Positions 13,501 through 25,881 of a DNA stretch of 64,000 nucleotides are shown here, piece after piece. The notes under the pieces were generated by a model that did no database searches, was not told the origin of the DNA, and saw only the letters and a list, made by a program, of their open reading frames with translations. The stretch lies in the NCBI RefSeq assembly GCF_028641065.1, contig NC_073386.1, forward strand, positions 22,506,001-22,570,000, read 5' to 3'. Within the stretch, counting starts at the first letter, position 1; the number at the start of each line of letters is the position of its first letter. The translations under genes and the position numbers were made by a program. This DNA is from Leucoraja erinacea. Lineage: Eukaryota.

Positions 13501-16500
13501 GCAATATGATAATATTGATTATAAGGAAACTTGGAAAGCCATGGAGAGATTAGTAGAAAAGGGCTTGGTGAAAGCTATTGGACTCTCGAATTTCAACAGT
13601 CAACAGATTAATGATGTTATCGCTGCAGCTACTATTAAGCCTGCAGCGTTGCAGGTTAGAAATGTTATTGTAATTGGAATCCTATCCAGTGAATCAGTTG
13701 TATATAATGCTTATCACTTTTCCTAAAATAGATACTAATTTCTTTGGACTTGTAAGATTGATAAATAATTTATATGTGCCATTTGTATTCCAAAATATAT
13801 TGAGCAAAGCAACTGTTTGAACTAAATGTACAGGTACATTCACAATTTGTGATAAAGGTTTATATACTGATATTGCATAATGTTCACAAAAGATGTCCAC
13901 AACTAAATAATTGCCATAGCTAACATACCTGAATGATTTATGGGTATTTGGGGAAAGAATTCCAATAAACTTAGCAAATTCTTTCTAAATGTATCCAATA
14001 AATTATCTTGTATTTAAATCAAAAGTTTTTTTAGATCCATTATCTCAAATCTTGATTATATTACCCATGACCTTTCTTTCTTTGTTATTCCCAGGTAGAA
14101 TGCCATCCGTACTTAGCACAAAATGAGCTGATCGGACATTGCCAGAAATATGGAATAATAGTTACAGCCTATAGTCCGCTTGGTTCCTCTGATCGCATGT
14201 GGAAAGCCGCAGATGAACCAGTTTTACTAGAAGATGCTAATATTAAAACTATTGCTAATGAACATGGGAAATCACCTGCTCAAGTGTTGCTCAGGTACAA
14301 GATTTCAAAACCACATTTTTAAATTAGCATAAGATTTTAAACCAACTTAAATCGATACTTCAAACTTCAATAACACATAGGAAATAAAAAGCATGTTAAT
14401 TTGTTTTAAAAGTTTATTTTTAAAACAACACAACCATATATTTTCTGGGAAAATCTATATTTTCAGAAGATTTGCACAGTAATCAGATATCAAATAGACT
14501 GGGACAGATGTATCGATTCACTAGACGTGCATCTGCTGCTTGTATGGCCTATCCATTAGAGAAATTTGCCCTCCAATTGTAATTTAAAAACCTTTTTAAT
14601 GCTCATTTTTCTTCTATTTTGTTTCCCCCCCATCTTGCAAAAGTGCATACAGGTCGAAAACCAATTTTCCGACACCCTTGGTTCCAGAGCTTTACCATAT
14701 TAACTGTTTCACCGGACCAACAGAGGTTACGTAATAAAGACACAATACGTCTCTGACCCACCTGTGTCTCACAAGCACCATGGACTGCTAAATTAAATAA
14801 ATATTAAATGCCAATTATAATTAAAAATGCATGTTTACAACAAATCTTGCATTTCTTGGGCACCAGTTAAGGAGTTGTCCACGGAAGTCTTGATGCGGGT
14901 TGGTTCGGATCGATGGTGCTGCTATCCCGGCAGGACTACCAGACCAACCCCAACAATTAGAACCATCGGTCCTGCATACACACTGAACTTTTTCTTTCTC
15001 TCGTTTATCATATTGTTTACAGTGTTCTATGTTTACGTATTCAGTTGTGCTGCAGCAAGTAAGAATTTCATTGTTCTATCTGGGACATATGACAATAAAA
15101 CACTCTTAACTCTCTTGACTTTTGAAATTAGTCTGTCCTGTCGTGTCAGAATTTTATAAGTTCCAATGTTCTCATTCTTCTAAACTCTTGTGAATATAAG
15201 CCCCAAAATCTTTCTTCAAATATCAGTCCTACCATCCTAGAATCAATCTGGTAAACTTTGCTGCACTCCTTACATTCAAAGCACATCCACCCCAGGGTTG
15301 TGTAGGACACGGAGGGAGAACTGTTGCGCAAAGTGGTGGATGACGGTGCAAACAAGTGCTGAAGACCACGGCCTTTGCCATTTCTTCTTTTGCCACCATT
15401 AACAGACATGTGTACACCTCATCTGTACCATGTAATCTATCCACTTGAGTACACCCAGCCTTCTAGTATGGTTGAAGAAGGGTATCGACCCGAAACGTCA
15501 CCAATTCCTTCTCTCCAGATATGCTGCCTGACCCGCTGGGTTACTCCAGCATTTTGTGTCTACCTTCGATTTAAACTAGCAGTTCTTTCCTACACTTCTA
15601 GTCTGTTTCTCAGTTTGTAGTTTATCAAGAATTTAAATTGCATCTACCTTTTGAGATTCGTGATTGGCATTGTCCTTTCATGTTGGACTCTTATTAGTTG
15701 GGGGTGAATAGGCATTGATAAATTCTTGGCACTAGAACATTGATCTACTTTGTATTTGATATTTTACTATATCTTAAGAGATTACCTTTTTGAATTTGAG
15801 GTTTATTTAAAAAAGTCAGTCAAGTCAAAGTAACTTTATTGTCAATTCAATTATGCAACAGTAGTTACACATAGGATCAAAATTACGTTTCCCCATACTC
15901 CAATGTGCAAGTAATATTAAAAACATGACAGACAACATATCAATAAAAATAGACAATAGACATACATTATTTAAAATATTAAAATATTCACAGTATGCCA
16001 AAATGTAGCAAAACCTTTGAGGTATTTTAAACAGGGTGCAACAATGAAAGGTGCAATATAGAAAAAGTGCAAATTCCGTACTGGAGACATTGAGCCAAAG
16101 TTATTTTCACAGTTTGTTGTCTTTGTTTGGGTACTGTTCATGGAATTTACTTAAGTGTGTTGAGTAGTCTGATGGCCTGAGGGAAAAAGCTGTTTTTGAA
16201 TCTGGTGGTTTTGCTCCGCATGCTGCGGTAGCGCTTACCGGAAGGTAGGAGGGTGAACAGTTTGTGTGCTGGGTGAGTGGTGTCTTTGATAATATTGCTT
16301 GCTCTCTTGCGACAGCGAGAAGGGTATAGGTCCTGGATTGCTGGTTGGGGTGATCTGGTGATCTTCTCAATTGTCCTCGCCACTCTCTGTAGGGCCTTCT
16401 GGTCAGCAGCAGAGCAACTGCCATACCAGACTGAGAGACTGCTGGTAAGAATGCTCTCAATGGCACCCCTATAAAAGGTCGTGAGGGCAGAGGGGGGGAG

Positions 16501-19500
16501 GTCAGCTCTCCTCATTCGTCGAAGGAAGTGGAGGCGTTGCTGTGCCTTCTTAACTAGGGAGATGGTGTTGGTGGACCATGTCTGATCATCTGTGATGTGC
16601 ACTCCCAGGAACTTGGTGCTTTTCACAGACTCCACTGCACTGCCATTGATGGTAGGTGGGGTGTGTGTTGTCTGTTTCTTCCTGAAGTCCACAGTTATTT
16701 CTTTTGTTTTGTTGACATTGAGTTGAAGGTTGTTGATATCACGCCAGTTGATGAGTTGTTGAACCTCCTCTCTGTAGGCTGAATCGTCATCGTGGCTGAT
16801 GAGGCCCACCAAAAAGACTTTTGAAGTAATATTTAACAAAAAGTTGTATACAATAGACCCTTTGCAATCTCTTTAAAACTTGGACATCTGCCACCTTGCT
16901 TTGTAGTTTGTTAATGTTTTAATTCCTGAATAAAAGTTGTCGTTTTCACTCCATTTATTTCTATGTATCCTGCAGGTGGCAGGTACAGCGTGGAGTTGTA
17001 GCCATTCCCAAGAGTGTCAATGCAGCACGAATTGCACAGAACCTGCAGGTAACTTGATATTTTGCAGGTGTTTATACTGAGTGTCTCCTATTGTTCCATG
17101 TGTAGCAAATGAATATTAAGATTGAAAATTAATTGGTTGTAGAAAGCTTTGTTTTTAATGCAATAATCCCCATTTTTCACATTGATTATCGATGCGAGTT
17201 CCCACATTCTGCTCGTTAATTTATCCATGCGGGGAGGAATTAACTTTTTTCTCTCTTGTAGCAACTAACTGTTCCTTGAATGATCCTATAGTTTTTTCAG
17301 TGTTGGTGAGTGAAGTGTATCCAGTTTTTTTCTATAAACCACTAACTGCACTGGTATCTTAGTTTTCTCTATTTTCACTGTTTTAGCACTTTTTTCATGG
17401 GTACAGAATGATCCCTACTTTAATTTAATTTGAAAATAATTCAATACACATTAGTTATTCCCTGCTGATCGATTCTGTCCTCTGCCTGCATATTAAATAA
17501 TATTACTTCATTTCAATTGAATTTAGGGTGCACTATGGTGCATCTGGTAGAACTGCTGTTTCTCATTCAAGACCCATGTTCGATCCTGACCTCGGGTGCT
17601 GTCTGTGTGGAGTTTCCACCTCCCTATGGGTTTCCTTTAGGTACTTGAGTTTCCTCCCACATCCCAGACATGCAGATTTGTAGGTTATCTAAACAAAATA
17701 TTGGTTTGCAACAAGTCTCTACTGTTTCAATCTTTTTTTTTTCTTTTTGGAGTCATAAAGTCTTCGGTCTCCCAGAGGATTTATTTTTATTAATTCATTC
17801 AGCAATGTATGTGGTTTCTTTTGAATTTGCTTAATTTTTGGAAAGTTTTTTATGCTAGTTATTCTGCATATATATTTTTAAAGATATTCCCCCTCTATAG
17901 TAGTATTATTGAATGGCCTTATGCAAAGTTTATTTTTTGTAGATTCGTAAAATAATATTAATAACATAGACAATGATCTTTCAGCTCATTATGTCCATGC
18001 ATGCATCTTGAATCAATCCATTTAGATCGAGAACACCTTAAAATTACTTTCCTCAGAGTAGTTATACAGTTTCCTTCTGAAAGCTCTTACCACCTATTTC
18101 CAGCAGCCATAATCCGTTATTATCCCTTGCTATTTCTCCATTTTAAAGAAAATTTCTTGTTTTCCTTTTTTTTTTAATTTTAAATCACTCTATCTGTGCC
18201 TCCTGGTCCTGAACCATCCATATAATTATTTCCTTATTTCAAACTTCCTATTTCTATCTCTAAGAAGAATTTACTTTCTCCAAACTAATTATGTAGATGT
18301 AGCTGCTCATTCCTGGAATTTACAAGATGGTATTACAAAAATTTCCAAATAACCAAAACTGGATGCAGTGTCTACTGGTAGCCCAACTGATATTTTGTAG
18401 TTTCTAAATAGCTTCTCTTTGTTCATAATGCGTACCTCCACAGGAAGCCCAAGATTCTTTTAAGTTTTTAACAATGCTCTCAACATATGCTTCCATTATC
18501 AATATTTATGAATATAAATATTGGAATCTCTTCTGTCTTCCACCTATCAGATACTTGGTCTATATTGTGTCGGTGATGCTTCTGCCAAAATGCATCATTC
18601 AGTTTTCTTTGAATTTCATCTGCCACCTGTCTGCTCATTCTACTATCCCAAATCGAGTTTTATTGTGTCAATCGCTATGTACCACAGAAGATTTGTCATA
18701 TGAAATTAATGCAGGTAGATAAAGCAGTGAAAAAGTCATTTGATATGCATGTTTTCATTGCCCAAGCCATTGAGTATAAGTTAAGATGACATATTGTGAC
18801 TTGCAAAACACTAGTTACACTGCACTTCAGATTCAAATTAGTTATCATATACACCAGCTAATAATGAAATTCCTTATTCATGTGGAGCTTGTGGAATAAA
18901 CGGCACTGTGTTCTTTTATCAGCTTGTCCAAAAGGTTAGTTATCCATTCTTTGAGATTTGCAACTTTTCGTACATCAGTCTGTATTTGCATGGTCTTGCA
19001 TTCTCCTTTTAAGAATAGGAATACTTTATTGCCACATGTGATGAGGCACAGTGAGATTCTTTGCTTGCATACACAATGTGTACAAATAGCAGCCACCTAC
19101 AGTGTTGACAAAGTTACAAAGCACGCCAGCTCCCCCTTTTGTTCCCCCTCCCCACCAGCACCACCACAGCGGTTCGCCCACAACAGGTCCCCATTGTCCT
19201 TTGTTCCCCCCCCCCCCCCCCCCCCCCCCATTGTCCATTGTTCTTCCTCTCTCCCCTCATGGCGGTCTCCCCACGCCATGTTTTGCAATGAAGTGACATT
19301 TGTAGTTATTCATTCAAATCAATGTAACTGAATTTCAGATGATGTTTAATGTGCAGATATTATTACCCCCTCATGCTTATTGCCTTAATGGAAAATATAT
19401 ATACCAAAATTTCCTAGTAGACATTGTTGTCCAAGGCAGAAACTACACGATCTTTAAAGCTGTCAGTTCTACCTATGCTTTATATTCTGGATAATGGAGA

Positions 19501-20323
19501 TAATTAACCAAAATTCTGCTTGGGTTATGTATAACATACTAGTTCCCTTTCCCTCCCCACCCACCCCATACTCTTTGTCCAATTTATTTATAAAAAGTGG
19601 AATTGCTGTTTTATCACATTGTTATTTCTTTAGGAATAACTTTAAATAACATTCAAGACATTGTTTTGCCATTTTTATTCCCCTTCCACCCTCAGGTGTT
19701 TGATTTTGCACTAACTGAAGACGAGATGAAAACAGTTGGAAATCTCAATAGAAACTGGCGGTATATTGTTCCTAAGATAGTGGTAAGTGTTCATAGCTTT
19801 CTCCAATGTACTTCCAACCCTTTCAACAATTTCATAGTTTAGTTTATTATTGTCACATGTATTAAAGTACAGTGAAAAGCTTTTTGTTGCGTCTATCTAG
19901 TCAACGAGACTACATGATTACAATTAAGCTGTCCAGTGTACATAAGCAGGATAAAGGTATTTAGTGCAAGATAAACTCTTGATTAATTAGGTAAATGGTA
20001 GGTCAGGACCACACTCTAACAGGTAAAGGGACGATATAGTGCTTGATAACAGCTGGGAAGAAACTGTCCCTGAATCTGGAGGTGTGTGCTTTCAAACTTC
20101 TGTATCTCTTCCCTGGTGGGATAAGGGAGGAGTGACTGCGGTGAGACTAGTCCTTTGTTATGCTGGTTGCCTTGCCAAGGCAGCATGAAGTGTAGATCAA
20201 CTTGTGTTTCATATTTGTGTGGAGAATTTGCCAAAATTTTACTTTTTTTGTTAACAGGTTGACAACAAATCTGTATTCAGAGACGCGCTGCATCCTCATT
20301 ATCCTTTCAACGATCCATACTAG
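7425..20323 (+). CDS. AKR1A1: Aldo-keto reductase family 1 member A1 (aldehyde reductase), spliced gene, 8 coding exons, 326 aa
   Basis: join(7425-7511,10746-10865,12949-13100,13459-13654,14095-14294,16976-17048,19696-19782,20258-20323) = 981 nt, all GT-AG and in frame; motifs [57 protein letters not shown] and the AKR1A-specific C-terminus [10 protein letters not shown]. Confidence 0.96.
9605..9891. mobile_element. Harbinger-type MITE (long TIRs, TTA target duplication)
   Basis: aggccctgtcccact...tcaaactcggag mirrored by ctccgagtttgaa...ggacagggcct; tta on both sides. Confidence 0.7.
10746..10865 (+). CDS. AKR1A1: AKR1A1 coding exon 2 ([40 protein letters not shown])
   Basis: ccaag| acceptor, AAG|gtatga donor, 120 nt; contains the catalytic Asp and Tyr. 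Confidence 0.95.
11100..12110 (-). mobile_element. L2-clade LINE, 5'-truncated, with intact 202-aa ORF2 C-terminal segment
   Basis: ORF 11126-11734 (ARLDYCNSL...[12 protein letters not shown]...[13 protein letters not shown]...APRLWNS) is typical of L2; a GVPQGSILGP-type motif lies upstream near 12040-12070. Confidence 0.9.
12120..12510 (+). mobile_element. CR1-type 3' tails (two)
   Basis: gatcagccatgatcacattgaatggcggtg...cctactcctgcacc tail and a second variant at 12310-12510. Confidence 0.7.
12949..13100 (+). CDS. AKR1A1: AKR1A1 coding exon 3 ([50 protein letters not shown])
   Basis: ttgcag| acceptor, AA|gtaaaa donor, 152 nt; contains the catalytic Lys and His. Confidence 0.95.
13459..13654 (+). 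CDS. AKR1A1: AKR1A1 coding exon 4 ([12 protein letters not shown]...IKPAALQ)
   Basis: Within ORF 13352-13726; ttgcag| acceptor, CAG|gttaga donor, 196 nt. Confidence 0.95.
14095..14294 (+). CDS. AKR1A1: AKR1A1 coding exon 5 ([12 protein letters not shown]...[10 protein letters not shown]...KSPAQVLLR)
   Basis: cccag| acceptor, AG|gtacaa donor, 200 nt. Confidence 0.95.
15468..15594 (+). mobile_element. Short Penelope pLTR insertion with hammerhead-like core (15472-15499)
   Basis: TTGAAGA-AGGGTATCGACCC-GAAAC-GTC; cttctagt repeated on both sides (15460-15467, 15595-15602). Confidence 0.65.
15815..16812 (-). mobile_element. Rex1/Babar-like LINE, 5'-truncated
   Basis: ORF 16147-16839 ([19 protein letters not shown]...KFLGVHI...[10 protein letters not shown]...[11 protein letters not shown]) and a short (TTGAC)n-type tail. 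Confidence 0.9.
16976..17048 (+). CDS. AKR1A1: AKR1A1 coding exon 6 ([24 protein letters not shown])
   Basis: ctgcag| acceptor, CAG|gtaact donor, 73 nt; IPKS NADPH-binding motif. Confidence 0.95.
17525..17690 (+). mobile_element. HE1-like tRNA-derived SINE
   Basis: B-box-like gttcgatcc followed by the V-SINE core ggtgctgtctgtgtggagttt. Confidence 0.65.
19696..19782 (+). CDS. AKR1A1: AKR1A1 coding exon 7 ([29 protein letters not shown])
   Basis: cctcag| acceptor, GTG|gtaagt donor, 87 nt. Confidence 0.95.
20258..20323 (+). CDS. AKR1A1: AKR1A1 last coding exon ([21 protein letters not shown])
   Basis: taacag| acceptor; TAG at 20321-20323 followed by an in-frame TGA. Confidence 0.95.
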   Translation, partial: VDNKSVFRDALHPHYPFNDPY

Positions 20324-20485
20324 TGACATTGGGATGAGCCATTGCTGCCTTAGTGGTTTTATTGGTGTATAAATCGATTTTGCTGATGATATTGAATACT
20401 TCTCATCATTTAGAAACAGTATTGGGTTGCTTTTTAAATAATCTCTGTTAAATGACTCAATTAAAAATGCTAATATTTGATGGCA

Positions 20486-20650
20486 AATAAAATTAACTCT
20501 TGCAGAAGATTAACCTTAGTTCAGATCATCCTTTTCTCATTCTCCTTGATTTGTCTTGTTTAGTTCGGTATTCACCCAGCCCAACACAGTGTATGTGTTT
20601 TTCTATCTGTAGCTTTGAGGAGTGAAAATGTACATATAATCTGCAATAAA
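20486..20650 (+). terminator. AKR1A1 candidate polyadenylation signals
   Basis: AATAAA at 20486-20491 and 20645-20650, downstream of the stop codon. Confidence 0.5.
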
Positions 20651-21546
20651 ATATATAACTTCAAAATATGTATTTTCTAGATTTGAAGAATTATTTTTTG
20701 TCAATAATAGAATAATTACTCTGGGTCATGTAAGACATTTGTGTACATGAACCAACTTTAAACATACAAAATTTGCTTGAAAATGGTCATCTAATCAAGA
20801 AAACATTTTCATAAGCTATTGGCTCAATTCTGATTTAGGAGAAAGTTAATTCAGCTGATTGGTCTCTTGATTCCTGATATGAATAAATTGAAAGTAATAT
20901 TTGCATGTAAAACAGTAAACATGCTTCAGTCGGAAATTTATATGAACTCTCCTTCATCTGAGAATTTAATACTTTACTAATCATCCCACCAGGGATGGGG
21001 AACTCTGAAAATTGTGCTCAATGAAAAAATATCACTATATCTAAAATTGATAAGATGAATTAAAAAAGACTAATGAAATACAAGCATAAATGTACTAATT
21101 AATTCAAATGTGCAGGTTTCTGAATTAATCAGAAAATAATGTCATGCTTATTACTGCAATCCAATTACAGTATAAATAGAAAATGAAACCCTCTTATATT
21201 CAGATCATAAATGAATTAGTATCTTGTGGCAATGTTACACTTTTTACAAAATATTTTGATGTCTTCAGCTTTAAATACAAGATAAGTTTATAAATAAATG
21301 TATATTTTATTTACTACGCAATCATAATGGCATTCAACCATCAGAAATGCAGAGTTCAGGTGCTGCATGTTTAATGCCTACTTCAGTTCAGACTATTATG
21401 AATCTGGTTTTATGGGAGAAGACAGCAATTTTTAGGCACAGCAAAACCACTTTCTAGCCAACAAAGTGCTTTGAGCTGGAATCTCAATTCAGGATATTCA
21501 GTACATAATTTGTGCACCAATTTCCACAAACACTATGCAAATTATC

Positions 21547-22062
21547 GAAAGTGGACAAAATGCTGGAGAAACTCAGCAGGTGAGGCAGCGTCTATGGAGC
21601 GAAGGAAATAGGCAATGTTTCAGGTCAAGACCCTTCTTCAGACTGATGTGAGGTGTGGGTGGGGGGGCGGGAAGAGGAAATGAAGAGGCGGAGATAGTGG
21701 GCTAAGGGGAGGAGAAAGCAGAGACTACCAGAAATTAGAGGTCAATGTTCATACCGCTGGGATGTAAACTGCCCAAGTGAAATATGAGGTGCTGCTCCTC
21801 CATTTTACAGTGGGCCCCACTCTGGCCATGGAGAAGGCCCAGGACAGAAAGTTCGGATTCGGAATGGGAGGGGGAGTTGAAGTGCTGAGCCACCGGGAGG
21901 TCCGGTAGGTTATTGCGAACCGAGCGGAGGTGTTGGGCGAAGCGATCGCCAAGCCTACGGTGAGGTTGGAGGAGGTGCAGGTGAACCTCTGCCGCACCTG
22001 GAAAGAATGCTTACGTCCTTGAATGGAGGGGGGAGGGTAAAGCGACAAGTGTAGCATTTCAG
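21547..22062 (-). mobile_element. Penelope-like element 3' fragment (GIY-YIG endonuclease C-terminus plus pLTR)
   Basis: Minus frames give FQVRQRFTCTSSNL and LGDRFAQHLRSVRNN...PVAQHFNSPSH...EQHLIF.LGSL.P.GMN; hammerhead-like core at 21614-21641; 11-bp TSD tgcaaattatc (21536-21546, 22063-22073). Confidence 0.85.
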
Positions 22063-24990
22063 TGCAAATTATCAGTTATTTTGTGTTGAATGGTGGATAA
22101 ATACTGACAAGGCTAAGAGAAATCACTTTATTTCAAAGGGTATCTTCAATGCCAATCTGACAAAGTTAATTGGACTTGGTGGTCTGATTTTTCAACTGGA
22201 CAATGGTACCTTTCAATGGTCAATGGTTCTTTTATTGTCACTTGTACCAAAGGTACAATGAAATACATTTTTTATATATATATATATATGTCAGTGCAAT
22301 TATTGCCATACATAACAACAATCCCCAATTAAGTACCCCATGCCTAGAAACAGCCCAAATCACATTTTTGCTTATAGAGGATTGATTAAAGTCATCCCAA
22401 GAAGCAAATTAAATATGTAAAATAACCGACTTACACCATGTTTTGTCCCGTACTTAAGATCTGTCACATTGTAGGCGTTGACGGCGTTAGAAGTCGCTTT
22501 TTATTTTAATATAATGATTAAATTGTCTCGCGATTTAAAAAAAAAAAAAAATCGGGAATGGAAGTCGGAACGATTTTTCTGCAGCAGTTAGCAGCCCGAG
22601 GAAATCCGCCTCGAACAGGCGGTAAAAAACTGGATTTAAATCCCGCCCCCCCTCAAAGGCGCCAAAGTCACGCAGAACTGCAGTGCCGCTGAAGGTAAGT
22701 TTTGTAACATCGCTACTATATTCTGAACTCTTTTTCCTTCTCTTCACTCTACCTATTGTACCTGAGTTTAGATTAATTGTAATAATTTGATTTGTGTGAA
22801 TAGCTTGCAAAATAAATCTTTTCACTATATGTCGCTACATGTGACATGTAGGTTTATAGGCCTAACACAGGAAAATTGGATTAGTATTAGTTAATCACGA
22901 TTAGTATGGATGATGAGCTGCAAGGGCCTATTCCTGTGATGTATGTTTCTACGGCTATGAACATACTCACATAAAACAGGGTTGCCACATTCCACTCAAT
23001 GAACCAGAATCTTAGTTCCTGCACTCCCTTTAAACCCATCAAGGTCCCATTCTTTATTAAAATTTATTGGATTCTGTTTTCTTCCTTCCATTAAAATTAC
23101 ATGATATACTTAAGAGCCGTCTCTATCCACATCTTCCACCACCATGTACAAATTAGTGCAACAACAAAATATTGTAAAAGTACTCAAATCTGAAAATATC
23201 CAGATTAGGCAACTAGAAGAAAAAATGTTTTCAACTTTTCAAGACTGTGACTGCTCCTATCAGTGGGAGATGCTGCTCCTGAATATTTCCAGCATTTAAA
23301 ATTTTTCAATTTATGTCTTCAACTGGCAATCTAAAGGATATATATTTTGTTTTTGATTTGTATTTCCTGTGTCTGCAATTTTACTTTGCTCATCGGCTTT
23401 ACTTTCTTTAATTTGTTTCTACTTATTCAATAGACAATAGACAAAAGATGCGGGAGCAGGCCATTTGGCCCTTCGAGCCAGCACCGCCATTAAATGTGAT
23501 CATGGCTAATCACCCACAATCAGTAATCCGTTCCTGCCTTCTCCCCATGTCCATTGACTCTGCTATCGTTAAGAGCTCTATCTAACTCTTGAAAACATCC
23601 AGAGAACCGGCCTCCACCACCCTCTGAGGCAGAGAATTCCACAGGCTCACAACTCTCAGTGTCTAAAAATATTTCCTCATCTCCGTTCTAAATGGCTTAC
23701 CCCTTATTCTTAAACTGTGGCCCCTGGTTCTGGACTCCCCTAACATCGGGAACATGTTTCCTGCCTCTTGCATGTGCAAACCGTTAATAATGTTTCAATA
23801 AGATCCCCTCATCCTTCTAAATTCCAGAGTATACAAGCCCAGCCGATCCATTCTATCAACATATGACAGTCCCGCCATCCCGGGAATCAACCTTGTGAGC
23901 CTACGCTGCACTCCCTCAATAGGGGGGTTGCACGTAAGGTCACTGGGTCATAGGGCTTGATGCACGGAGCCGCTCAATCCATCTGGAAGACATCCGTAAC
24001 TTCCGGTATATGTTATTAATGCAAGAAACGCGTACTTTCCGACCTGTTAAAAACCGCCAAAATGTTGAATTTTTGCGCTGTGAAAAATTGTGGAAGTCGG
24101 GGTAAGTGTGAGACATGTACCCAACTTCAGAATTCCAAAAGTGAAGCGAAATGAAGGTAAAGAGAAGCGAGAACTGAAGGGACAACAGCAGCTAAATTGC
24201 TTGGCGAACATTGGCTGTGCAGATATCAGAATTGAAAATATTGGGAATTATCGCGTTTGCTCACTGCATTTCATCAACGGTAAGGCATTGTGTTTTTTCT
24301 TGATTCCTTAGGTATCTAAAAAGTCTCAGAAGTGATGAATCTGGCTGTACTTTTTTCTTCAGAAGCGTTTTCATTTTGTATGTAAAAACCCACTTGAGAA
24401 CCATTGGCGATTTAAAAAAATTTACAGCCAGATTTATCATTTCGGAAACTTTTTAGATGCCAAAGGAATCAAGAAAAAACACAAATAATGCCTTAGTTGA
24501 TGAAATGCAGTGAGCAAACGGCCAATGTTCGCCAAGCACTCTGGCTGTTTTTGTCCCTTCAGCTCTCGCTTCTATCTACCGTCATTGGAATTCTGAAGTA
24601 GGCTAAATGTCTCACACGCTTATCCCGATTAACATAATTATTTACAGCGCAAAAATTGAAATTTTCGGCTGGTTTTAACGGGCCCACTACGCTGGAAATA
24701 ATGGTAAGTGCCTACCTGCAGTTCATCGCGTGTAATCCATTTGGAGTAGCCTAGCAACAGTACGGGTCATGGGTCGTGACCCGACTGCCATGAAACCTCC
24801 CATGTTTCCAGCGTAGCGGGCCCGTTAAAACCAGCCGAAAATGTCAATTTTTGCGCTGTAAATAATTATGTTAATCGGGATAAGCGTGTGAGACATTTAG
24901 CATACTTCAGAATTCCAAAAGTGCGGAGAAATTACGGCAGATAGAAGAAGTGAGAGCTGAAGGGGACAACAACAGCCAGAGTGCTTGGCG

Positions 24991-25881
24991 CCAGCACCTG
25001 ACAGCCTGGTGTGCCAACAATAACCTCGTCCTCAACTCCAAGAAGACGAAGGAGATTATTGTTGACTTCAGGCAGACCAGAGGAGGCAGTCATACCCCCA
25101 TCCATATAAACGGGACTGAGGTGGAGCGCGTCTCCAGCTATAAATTCCTCGGAGTACATATCTCGGAGGATTTGTCCTGGTCCCTCAACACCTCCAAGCT
25201 GATCAATAAGGCACAGCAGCGCCTTTACTTCCTGAGGAGGCTCAAGAAAGCCCGCCTGTCCCCCCGGATCCTGACCAACTTTAACTGCTGTACCATAGAT
25301 AGTATCCTGACCACCTGCTTCACGGTATGGTACAGCAGCTGCACTGCTGCGGACAGGAAGGCACTTCAACGGGTGGTGAAAACCGTGCAGCACATCATCG
25401 GTGCCCCGCTCCCTGCCATGGATGCCTTCCGAAAACGGTGTCTGAGACGGGCTGGGAAGATCATCAAAGACCGCTCACACCCCAACCATGGAAACATAGA
25501 AATTAGGTGCAGGAGTAGGCCATTCGGCCCTTCGAGCCTGCACCGCCATTCAATATGATCATGGCTGGTCATCCAACTCAGTATCCCGTACCTGCCTTCT
25601 CTCCATACCCCCTGATCCCCTTAGCCACATCTAACTCCCTCTTAAATATATGGACTGTTTGCCCTCCTCCTATCAGGTAGGCGGTACATGAGCCTCAGGT
25701 CACGTACTAGTAGGATGAGGAACAGCTTCTACAATAATACAATCACATTGCTGAACTCGGAGTCCCGCCGATAGATTTCTCCGGTCCCTCCGTCCCCATT
25801 GTTTAATTATTCTGTATTTTTTGATTATTCTGTATTTGTACGTATTTGTGCGATGACATTAAAGTTGAGTTGAATTGAATT
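24991..25881 (+). mobile_element. Rex1/Babar-like LINE nested in the foldback element
   Basis: ORF 24950-25558 (WCANNNLVLNSKKTKEIIVDFR...KAQQRLYFLRRL); (TTGAA)n tail; interrupts the host sequence gtgcttggcg|aacattggcc. Confidence 0.85.
25493..25649 (-). mobile_element. CR1/HE1 3' tail nested in the Rex1-like LINE
   Basis: Reverse-complement tail flanked by atgga duplications (25488-25492, 25650-25654). Confidence 0.75.

Noticed and set aside
19205-19229. Long poly-C runs (also ~26673-26703 and 57666-57700) and the poly-Pro/poly-Gly ORFs they create
   Set aside because: Simple homopolymers, mostly within repeats; lengths are unreliable in assemblies and the ORFs are artefacts.
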